From: Laetmonice hystrix
Taxonomy: Eukaryota
Assembly (NCBI GenBank): GCA_965235115.1
Contig: OZ249436.1
Coordinates: forward strand, 7,752,001-7,816,000
DNA: 64,000 bases
Reading direction: 5' to 3'
The notes beneath the pieces are model-generated. The model saw only the letters and a list, made by a program, of their open reading frames with translations, had not been told where the DNA came from and did no database searches. The number at the start of each line of letters is the position of its first letter. Positions within the stretch are counted from its first letter, which is position 1. A program made the position numbers and the translations under genes. This document shows, in pieces, positions 13,784-25,400 of this stretch.

Positions 13784-14209
13784 AATCTAGGCCTATAAGA
13801 TTTAATTTCTTCATTTGATTTATCTCTAGAATGTCTACCGATATAGATGTTACCATAGTAGGCCCTAATTCGATTAGGGCAGAAATAAATGTGAATTTAT
13901 GGCGATATTTTTTAAAAATAATTTTGAAATCTTACTCGTCCATACCTTTTTAGATTCCTAGACTATATAAATTTGGAGGAGGTACGAAAGGGGTAAAGGT
14001 TAATTCTAACCTTTTTCCCTTTGGTCTCCGGCCTCATGCACTAGCCATGACTAGGAGGAAATTCTCCTACAATTGTTTTAAGGTGTTTAAGGGTCACGGC
14101 GGGTCTCCAAACTTAGATCCTATGGATTAATGGGTCCAATGAAGGTCCCCTATAGGGCAGGGGGACTAATGAAGGATCCCAATGGTGGTGCACGGGTGGA
14201 TCCAGGGAT

Positions 14210-14373
14210 GCGTTCACCTAAGCACTAAGCCCGAAAGACGTCTTTGAAATGGTCACTGGGCCCAAAGAGGTCTTTGCGGCGACAGGTGCTCCACTAACCT
14301 CCTATTCCCCGCAAAGACGTCTTTCCAAAGACATCTTTGCTAAAGACGTATTTTGTTAGTGGAACGGACCCCT
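14210..14373. mobile_element. Second copy (inverted) of the 9481-9653 MITE
   Basis: Shares AAAGACGTCTTT repeats and the TTAGTGGAACGGACCCC end. Confidence 0.75.
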
Positions 14374-15763
14374 GACAGGTTTGCGCCCGGGGGGGGGGGT
14401 GCATTGTGGGTCCCCTTCGTAAGGGGAGGGTGCCACCATGACCGTGACTCTTTTAAACAATTGTAGAACTTCCTCCTCGTCATGCATAGTAGAACAGGGC
14501 ATGGCCGGTGACCATTCATTAGTCCGCCTGCTTTGCTGGGGACCCTAAGTGGACAATCGGGAGACACTTTTTCCTAAAATTCTCATATATCATCTTAGTT
14601 TGGAGACCGTTTAAAACAATTGCACAACTTCCTGGACCTAGTCATGGATAGTCCGTGAGAAGAAGAGGGCATGGAGACCATTCATTGGTCCCCCCCCCCC
14701 CCCTGCTCCGCAGGGGACCCTAATTGGACCGACAGGTTACATTTTCATGAAATTCTTAGGCCCCGCCTATATATTGACATTGAAACATGACTTTGACCGA
14801 CAATCAACTGTAAAATATAATGGTATAAAGATTATAGGCAGAGTAAGCTTGTCCTAACGACACCTTAACATGTGTCTTTAGCTTCATTTTGTTGCAAACT
14901 CAGGCCAATTGAATTGGCCCATTTTCGGTGTATTTTAATCAAATTTTATGTTGACCTTGACCTTAATGCATGACTTTGACCTTTTATGATCTCAAAAGTA
15001 TGACGAATGAACAATTATTGCTAAAAATGTCACCTCAAAGGTCTTTCTAGGCAGACATAGCACGCAGATATAAGAAATTTGGCCCAGATTTGGCTTATTT
15101 TGATCAAATTTGATGTTAACCTTGACCTTAATGCATGACCTTGACCTATAATCATGTAGAAAGTATCACCAAATGAATGAACATCCCAATTATTGCTGGA
15201 AATGTCACCTCAAACGTGTTTCTAGGCAGACACAATGTGTTGATATATAAATTTGGCCCAAATTCGGCTTATTTTGATCAAATTCGATGTTGACCTTGAC
15301 CTTAACGCACGACTTTGACCTCTGACGACCTCAACCGTATGACCAAACAAATGGGCATCATAATGTTAGCTGGAAACGACACTTCATATGTGGTTCTATG
15401 TTAATTGGTTCTAAAATTATAGACCCATTTGAATATTAAACCTTTTGAATGTCGGCCATTTTGGATTTGAGACGAAAACGAGGCTTTGCCATGGGGGGAT
15501 TCGGGTGGGGAATTTTTTGTGGTGTAATGTACGACCAATGAACCCATTTCAGGTGAGAAAGCTTTGTTAACATTTTTGTCCAACCTAAATCGTTCATTGC
15601 CTAGCCTATAAGCCTAAATATATTACACTCTCTGGCTCTAACGTGTTAGGCCTATTATTATTATAAACAAATATTCACACGGAATTTACAACTTCTGTCA
15701 CCGTAATTTACGCATTAGTCTAGATAGCTAGGAAGTTAGGTGTCTGGCATTTCTCGGGGCGAA

Positions 15764-15937
15764 TCTTCTTCTTCTTCTTCTTCTTCTTCTTCTTCTTCTT
15801 CTTTCTTCTTCTTCTTCTTCTTCTTCTTCTTCTTCTTCTTCTTCTTCTTCTTCTTCTTCTTCTTCTTCTTCTTCTTCTTCTTCTTCTTCTTCTTCTTCTT
15901 CTTCTTCTTCTTCTTCTTCTTCTTCTTCTTCTTCTTC
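15764..15937. repeat. (CTT)n/(GAA)n microsatellite, ~57 units with one 1-nt interruption
   Basis: Directly visible; gives spurious poly-R/K and poly-S/F ORFs. Confidence 0.98.
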
Positions 15938-16456
15938 GTTGTTTTTGGATGAAACTAAATCTAAAATTAAGGATGAAGCACATGTAATGTTTGAGCCATC
16001 CGAAAGTTTTATATTGAATAGGCTATTCCAACAACTCAGTCAGATCATAGAACGTGTTACAGTTCTATGGTCAGATCGAGTCCTATAGTAGAAAGTGAAC
16101 TACATATCGATTGAGGAATCACGTTCTTTAGGCTCCAAAACAATTCTTTTCACTTAAAATTACAGTCGATATAATACCCAATGTAATAGCTAACACTTTT
16201 GTCAGTTTTGATGCAGGCAGGACGCCGCTACCCCTCAACACGTTGTAGCCGTAGCGCCATCTGCCGTGTACCTACGATACTATACTAATATTTGGGTCCT
16301 TGAAGTCAAAATCATTTGAAACCGGAAGGAGATTCAAACATCACGGCGGTAAGACAAGCTGTAACACGCTGATGTTTTCTAGGCAAACAGATCCACAAAT
16401 TGTCCAACAGAGACGATACGTACGTGCAGTGACAACGGAATGGTCAAAACCTAAAT

Positions 16457-19400
16457 ATGTCGCACCGTAAGTTACCGGTTTTAACTATTTTAATACATTC
16501 AAGATAAACGTAAAGGTTTCATGCAAAGTAAAGGCCTAGCATCCGTAAACAGCCAAACAGTAACAAAGTAACATTCATTGCCTGTGTCTGTGAAGCTGAA
16601 TCGGGGATGTCGCCCACATTTATTTTTAGTGGAACACTTTGAAGTTTAAGTGGGGACACTCCCAAATCGGGGATGTCATGGGGATGTCACTGTTAATGAA
16701 ACTGGCCCCTGCCCTGGCCTGGGTCATTCTGTGTGAATCCACAGTGACATTGAAGAGAGTCCAACTTCAACTACCCAGCAATAGTGAATAGGCAGTGGCG
16801 GATCTAGACTAGTGTGGGTGTGTCGCTCAGCCTCAGGTAGCTTGAGTTGAGCAACAGTCAGCCCCCCCCCCCGGTCTCGGTCGAAATCGGCCGCCCGTAA
16901 TAACCTACGGACGATCGGGCGTAGCACGCGGCGGCTCTGCTAGCGGAGCTACCCGCGGGACTAAACTACCGCTAACCCTAGGCCTAACCTTAACCTTAGA
17001 TCTAACCCTACTAACACTAACCCTAGGCCTAACCTTAACCCTACTAACACTAACCCTAGGCTTAACCTTAACTGCCTCTAGAGGCCCTGGGTGAGTACAG
17101 CCGCCCGTAACTTACGGGCGAGTACGGCGTAACTTACGCGCTGCACGCGCGGCCAATTTCGAGCGGCGGCTGATTTCGATATACACCCCCGCCCCCCAGC
17201 ATTGCTTTGCCTTTGGGGCTGTTCGCGGCTTCTGACCGTCACCCTCAGCTACAGTCAGGGCTCAGGCCTGAGCTACAGTCGGGCTTTGTCTCTGGATCCG
17301 CCCCTGATAGGTACATCTCATCTATAACGTTACACAATTTGCCATGGCAATATATTACAAATAACTACTTTTTTCCTATTTTTTCATTGTTAGCCTGTCT
17401 CATCCCTGACTTATTTAAGAATAAAAAAACTTTTCCTTCAGTATGGCAGCATCCCTATGTGAACGTATTCAAGCACTTCAATTTGCAAACATGGAAGAAG
17501 TCGTCCAAGGAAGGAGAGGTTACATCTCTCATGGTAAGAACTACCATCCATTAAACATTAAAGTTGGTACCAACATCTAATACCATTGAATTATGAGTGG
17601 TGAATATTGCTTGCAACCATGTACTTGGTGATCTCTTTGCATCCTCTTGTGACTGCACTGAAGACTCATTAACCACCCTTCAGTTGTTAGTGACTTATGA
17701 GAGGGGTCTGCTGGAAGGTGCAGAACTTTAGATGTTGCATGTTACAGAACCTAATCTGAATGATAATGTGTGTTTCAGGACAAGACAGTCAAGAGCAGTG
17801 TGTATCGGATCACTGGTTCAATTCCAGCAGGAAACTACATTCAGCTACCGAAGACCTCAACTCAGTCACTGGGTTTGACAGGCCGCTACATGAATTTGCT
17901 CTTCAGGCCCATTCCATCTAAATACTTTGTGGTCCACATCGATGTTGCCACACAGGATGGACTCATCGTGAGGATCTCATTTTCAAACCTCTTCAAGGAA
18001 TTCAAGTCTACCTCGACATGGCTTCAATTTCCATTTGTATGTCATACAGCAAAAGGAACCATTGCAGGGTATGCCGGTATTGGAAGCAAAGGTACGATTC
18101 AAATATTCATAAGCTAGAATAACTAAAGATATTCTGACCTATCTGACATCTTCAATTGACTTTTATTTTCAACTTCTCTATTTCATGCCATTTTGCATTT
18201 CTATTATCTCGTAAACCGAAGAAAAGATTTTAGTGCACTTTATATTTTTCCCCACAAACAATGGAGCAAGAAATTATGATTATGACCCCAAAGGTCCAGT
18301 CTGGCTCGCAGGTTGGAAGTATTAATAGTTATTTATGGACCACTCACATGATGCCGAGTGGACCTATGTGTGATGTCATTTTGCTTTGTTTCCCTCATAA
18401 ATTAAACAGACAACAGTGGGCCAGCACCGATATCGACTCGCTGGACTGTGCTGTGTTTGGACTTCCACTATATACTTTCCATGTATCTCAACCGGCGATA
18501 TTCCTACATTAAAAGCATCAAGCTATGTGCCAACATGCTTGTGAAGAACATTTTTACAAGTGATACACAATATGACCCAGGTAATATGACCCAAATTTTG
18601 AATGACTTTTAAGTGTTTCCTTGTTGCCATAATACACCTAATATCCAGAGTTCTTGTGGACCCTTTCCACCCTGCCAATGTCTATGTGATACAGAATTAT
18701 TATGGCTTGTATGACAACAGGTGTAAGTTTGGAAGAGGTGAAGAGAACAGGAGTCTCTGTCCATGGCTTGGCCCCTCTTCCCCGCGAGATGGCCTACCCA
18801 GTTAGCAAGGGACAGAATTGGCATGACCACTATGATTTCCTCACGTAAGAAAAACTGCAATGCATTATGTAATATGTAGATACATACCAGTCATTAGGAA
18901 TTTGGCATACCACTAATGCTAATGCTTTTTGGGTTGTCATTATGCCATAAGAAATAATCAGTCCAATATTATTATTTTTCAACGTCAAAGCCCCTCTATT
19001 CTGTGACCAATTTTAATGTCCAGGCTTGAAGTTGAAGTCACTACCTCTGAGTTGATACTTTTAAAAAGTTTTACTGTAGCCATATTGCACAAAGTATGTA
19101 TATCACATGACTAATTTTTGTGTCAGAGACCATTTGGAATTGGTCTGAGGTCTTCTGTTTATGACTGCTCATTGACATTAGAAATTTTCATCCTCATTCA
19201 AGGTAGTAACTATTTGTCTGTTCCAGATTTCCAACAGATTCTAGCAAGAAGCCTTTTGATTCCATACAGCATGGGCCAATGAGTCCAAGCCGAATAAGAC
19301 GAGGTCAGAAAATATTTTTAGCATACCCGTTCATCACTGACCTGATAGATATGTTGCATGAAATACATTGTATGTAAGATTCTGGTACATGTACTTCACA

Positions 19401-22400
19401 ACTCCATGTGCTTTTGAATAATTTCTCCATAGATCTATAGAATCTTATTATTATGCAAGATGTACGAAAAGTTGATGTTTTTATTATATGTTTCTAATAT
19501 GATTATACAGCTGTTGAAACAAGTCCACGTCGTGTAGCATCTAAGACGGTTCATGTCGCAAAGCATATTGTACCTGAGAAATCGTGTGTTATAAGTGCAG
19601 CAACAGCAAAACCTAAACGGGTAGGTTCTGTGTCTATTTTATACATGAAATCATTAAAAAGCACCAGATGGAGCAGGAGTGCCTGAAAGTAATAAAAGGT
19701 TGTAATTTTAGAGGTTACCTGGTGCAGATGGCTATGAGATCTGACACAACCTCACCAGATATTGTCTTACCTCCTAAATGCTGGTGTTAATGTAATACTT
19801 CTTTATGCGTGTTTAGCATGTGCATCGCCGTACAGTTGTCTCAGAACTGCCTCAGGTTGGAGTGGGTGTAAATGGTGATGTCAGCATTGAACAGAATCCT
19901 GAAGGAGAAGTGCATGTTTATGCCCACGCTCAAGATAAAGTAATAGTTCATCAGGAGGACAAGAGTACTGGTAAAGTAAGTTTCTTGGAATATACTGGTG
20001 CATGAAGATTTTGTGATTTTTCCCATTTATCTTGTATATTGCATAACTTGATGTCCATTAGTTAGCAGAGAAGTGCCTTTTATCAACATGGTTTTTGTTG
20101 AGCAGGTAACAACTACAGCAATGAAACCTCCCTCGATACTGCCTGCCAAGAAGCCATCATATACATGTCTGAAGCCTGACCCAATCTTAAAACTGCGCCG
20201 GATTGTTGGCTTTGGTGGTGCAACAGTAAAGGATGTAAGCAACCTCACAGAAAAATTCTGAATGGAAAAGATTTCCCCTTTGATTTGTGTAGAGAACTCT
20301 ATCTACTAAGATTGAGCATACTTGTAGTTTTCTATTACCATGTTCTGGTCTCATTTTTGCAGGCCTTGTGGACCAGCAATGGTACAGCTGTTGTATATCC
20401 TTGTCATGCTGTAGTGGTTGCAATGCAGGCAAACAATGGCCAGCAAAGGTTTTTCATTGGACATACGGACAAGGTAATATGCCAGTACTGAGAACATTCC
20501 CGTGGTAATAGAAGCCAGGCGAATAATTAATATTTTCCATGCTTTTACTAGAAAGGCCAAGAAATGGATACAAAATTCGGTGAATGAAAAAGAACCTTTG
20601 ATTATTGACTGGTTGTACCTTGCAGTGTCATGTTAAGTCTTGTACAAGTTCTCCTGTTCATCATCCAGTCACAAAGACATCTTGAAGGAAGAATTTAATC
20701 AGATTGTCATCCATATTGATGAATTATTTCTGCAGGTGTCGTGCATTTCTCTGAATGGTAACAGCTCCCTGCTGGCATCAGGGCAGACAGGTAGTCAGAG
20801 TGTGGTGCGTGTGTGGCGCTTTGATAATACAGAGTGCCTGGCCATGTTCAAGACACACGCCCATTCCATGCATTGCCTCAGGTAAACCATTAACGCAAGT
20901 ATGGATGCTCGAAATAGAAAGTGTCTGTTGTTGTAAATGATCTGCATGATGCATATTGTAAACCTTGAGGACTTGATGTACAGTATACATCTATCCTAGC
21001 AGCATATTTAGGTGGTCACTGATGTAGGTTTGTTTGCCATAACGTCTCATCATCTCCTGCTATTCGATGTATTTCAGTTTTTCCCAGAGTGGAAGTGTTC
21101 TTTGTGGTGTTGGCAAAGATACGCATGGAAAGAATGTAAGCATGCCAGAACAGCATTCTGAGAGTAGCTCGACCCTGTTATAAGATCATGCATGGAATAT
21201 GGCAGTAAGCCACATAACATGGAACAACTGTCAATAGCTCTAAACTTTTTGGTGATTCTTTGTCTTCTTCTCCCTATGATACCCAAGATATTTCACAGTT
21301 TTGCCCATGAAAATGGCACTGTGATTTTATAGAAGTGTTACAATCCATGAGATGACTATTGTGATCAATTCAGATGGTTGTGATCTGGCGAACAGATAGA
21401 GTTAGCAAAGGTGGTGAAGTGTCAGTGATTGCCAAGGCTCATACAGATGTCGACATTGTACGCATGAAGATTGCTGCATTTGATGACACAAGGTAAGCTG
21501 ATCTAAAGAAAAATTTTGATCTAGGAATATAGAACCTATTAATCAAACCGACAGGTTGCATAACTGCAGATTTAATTGGATTCGTTCTGATTTTTGTGTA
21601 TCAAGATAACAAAAAATCGGAACATTCCTATTTTCAAATTTTCAGATCGCAATATATACATCAAATAATGTCAACTTTTAAGGTTCAAAACAGCCTTTCC
21701 TTAGCTTTAAAAAGGCCCCAAAATCCAGTAGCTCACGGAGGCTCTGCCCCCTGTACCCCTGCCTTGGTGGCCCCCTGGACCCCTCGCCGGTAGTGTTCAG
21801 ATTTCTGGTTTTCCAATGTTGGCAGGTATGAGGTTGTCTTGTAACAGGCAGCAGTTTTTAAAGGTTTAACAAAAAGTAGAACAGCAGCAATTAGAATAGG
21901 ATTATTCAGCTTCCTCTTCAAATACAGATTAGAGGCCCATTTTATTGAGGGTAAAAGACATTTGGTATTGCAGATGGCTTCCTACTATGCCCAAGGGATA
22001 CTGGTATACAAAGTAACATGTGGTCATTGTATTGTCAGTGCATAAGTGACACTGTGACCGGTTCCCTATATGCTTTCTATATGTGTTTACCTTTTCTATA
22101 ACATGGTTTCAAAAAGTATTGTTTCCTAATATTGTTTATGTTCTGTGCATGAAGATTAATTTTGTTGAATTATGCACATAAGTTATATATGTGCACACTG
22201 TATACTTTGAATTTAATGGTACACGTACCGGTACTTTATTATGTAAGTCTTGCTCCTATTGTAGTTTTTTCCTCGTATCATTTTATGTATCTTTTACATT
22301 GGGGGAAAAAATTTAGTTCATTGTATTCAAATTTGTGTGGTGAAAATAATTGTACACATGTATGTATGGCAGGTAAAGCCTTTTTACATGATAGTCAATA

Positions 22401-25400
22401 CTTCTTTATGTCAGTACTTCTAAATGATGCAGTCATAGTTTGATTATTTTGTGAGCATCCTAAACTGTATATGGAAATGTTTTTCTTTGTCAGGATTCTA
22501 AAATAATATTTTGTGATTTGTTTGAACACAGGATGGTGTCCTGCGGCCGAGACAATATCCGTCTATGGCGGGTGAAGGATGGCTCACTAAGGTCAGCGCC
22601 AGTAAACCTCGGCGAGTATCACCTCATGGAATTCACAGATTGTGCCTTTGAGGCAGGCTATAGTGCAACATGTGACCCAACAGACAGGCTTGTGTGAGTA
22701 CAACTAAAAGTGTCAGTCCGCTTGGAGACCTTACAGTTGATGTGTAGTTAGATTATGGTTTTCATCGAACCTGAGAATATTGTATTTCCTTGTTGTTTTG
22801 TAGGGTTAAAAGTACAATACATGAAGTCAATCAGATATACTTATTGGTGATAAGTTTGATGTTGTTGTTCCAGTTATGCTTCCAGTCGCTCGGGTCACAT
22901 ATTTGAGATTGACTATCGGAAGGTTACGATCCAACATGTACGTCGACTCTTGCCTGTCGATCCAAAGTCAAAAAAAGACAAGCAAACCTTCAACTCTGGT
23001 ATGTCACAGGTTTTTGTTTACCTGCCATTCTGACTGTAAATCCATCTTAGGATAAAATACTACTGATGTGGTACTGTTACCGTACAATTAAAGTTTTAAT
23101 TATTTTCAGTGCACCAGTCCAGGCCATGAAACTGCTTTCTCTACTGACAACACAATGAAACCTTTGAAGTGTCACGGAATATTCACTGTAATCCCAACAT
23201 AATGTGCACTGCCATCATGCATAACATGCTAATGTAGTGTAGTACAGTATCTGTTGTTTAAAGTGTCACCTGTATGTGTATATTGCAGGTTCTGGTATAG
23301 CCATCAATAGCATGTGTGTGAATGAAGCCTTCTGTGTGACGGGCTCAGATGACGGCTACCTAAGGCTATGGCCTCTAGACTTTAAACACGTCTACCTCGA
23401 GGCTGAACATGAAGGGCCGGTCACAGCTGTCCATATCAGCACTGATGGAGTCAAGATTCTAGCAGCAACTGCCATGGTAAACCCTACAAAAATACAAGTT
23501 TTCTGGACTATGTCTTGATTATTTCAGTTGTATTGTCTTTGTTCTGTCCTGTGATTTCTGTATAACAACAGTCAGATTGCATTCTTTAAAGTCTGAATGT
23601 ATGACATGTGGTCTCAATGCATGACATCAAATGGTAACATCACATTTGAAAACTTTTCAAGGGGAATGTTGGCGTACTTGATATTTCAACTCGGGGTTAC
23701 ACGACAATCATGAGGTCACACACCCAGCACATCAAGGCGATGGCATTCGACCCATTACGGCGCCACCTAGTAACAGTATCAGAAGACCACACTATCCGGG
23801 TCTGGGACTTAGACACCATGCAACAGGTGAGAACGGGGGCTGGAATAATCAGGAAATATGGAATTTAACAGTTTAACAAAATTATTTTTACTGAAGAACT
23901 CGGATCACATGGCAGTGCTGTTATTAACATGGCAGTGGTCTTTGTTCCACAGCTGTATGATTTCAGTGCTCCTAAGGAGAGTCCCTGTGCCATAGCGTAT
24001 CACCCATCACAACAAGTGTTTGCTTGTGGCTTTGAATCTGGGGCAGTTCGAGTATTCAATGTCACCAATACCAGCATGCTGGCAGAGCACAAGTAAGTCG
24101 GCCTGTTTTTATCAGCCTACTGAGTGGAATGATATTGTGTTGTGTAATAGAATGATGTTAGCAGATATATTTAATGTATCTATTGTTCTATACAGATAAT
24201 ATGCTGTCGATTTCAATCCTTAACAACTTGACCTTCAGGCAGCACCGTGGTAAGGTCACAGGGATAGCGTTTTCCCCTAATGGAGACTATCTCTACAGTG
24301 CTGGATCCCTTGGGTCTGTGGCACTCTACGACGCTACAGAACACAAATATCACCTGCTGCGGGTACTTGGCAACACGGTCGGCCGAGGAGAGCATCACGG
24401 TCCAGCGTCATTGGCTGTTAGTCCGGATGGCCGATTTGTTGCATTTGTTGGGCCTTCCGAGTTTACTGTCACTGTTGTGGATGGAAAATCTCTTGATGAG
24501 GTAAATAAGATAATGCGATGAAACAGTTAGCATTTACTGGTAGACCAAGTATTTCTATACGAGTATTTAGAGGTTACCATCTATTTCTGACCTTTTGGCC
24601 CATCTCCACTTTGACAGTTTCTAATTTCTATTTTCTGTGTGAAGGTGATGAGAATAGACATCACGTCCCTCAATACGGCAGATAACACACGGACAGTGAT
24701 AGACACAGCTGTCAAGGTTCACTTTGCATCCGTCAATGTCAAACATCTGCTCGTCACCACCTCCTCCAACAAACTACTCAAGTTTGATGCCAGGAATGGA
24801 AAAATTCTAGCAGAGGTGGGGAACTGTTCTGTATTGTTATCTACTTCTGACATCATTTAAATCTAGATGTGTCATAAAAACTGCAGCCTGATAGAAAGTT
24901 TTGAATTATGGTTTTTTAAACGATAACCGTTCTAGTTCAATATGCATGGACAATCTGAACGAATTTCTGGCTGACAGTTGTGTGTGATTGTTTGAGCAGA
25001 TTGACAACATTCACCGTGCTGGATGCTCGGCATTGGATGTTTCCACAGATGGACGACACCTTATCACAGCTGGTGATCGCATCATCAAAATCTGGGACTA
25101 CCATATGAAGCTTGATCTTAACTTCCAGGTAAACCCTTCTACAGGAAAAATGGAAAAAATTATAAAATATAGAAACGGTTTGACTAATATTACATTAAGG
25201 AGAGAAACACGCGGATGACATAACTTGTGTTCTGATTATCTCTGTATATCACAACTTGTGTTCTGATTATCTCTGTGTATCACAACTTGTGTTCTGATTA
25301 TCTCTGTGTGGCACAAGTTGTGTTCTGATTATCTCTGTGTGGCACAAGTTGTGTTCTGATTATCTCTGTGTGGCACAAGTTGTGGTCTGATTATCTCTGT

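Larger units (their letters stand above)
12540..15608. mobile_element. ~3.07-kb non-autonomous DNA transposon with ~140-150-bp TIRs and nested MITEs
   Basis: TAGGCTAGGCAATGAACGAT...CCCATGGCAAACCCTCATTTTCGT at left versus its reverse complement at ~15472-15608. The ORF track shows the mirrored peptides DKNVNKGFSPEMG (+) and DKNVNKAFSPEMG (-). TA at both ends. Confidence 0.8.

Noticed and set aside
15720..15983. Poly-Arg/Lys and poly-Ser/Phe ORFs
   Set aside because: Translation of the (CTT)n microsatellite.
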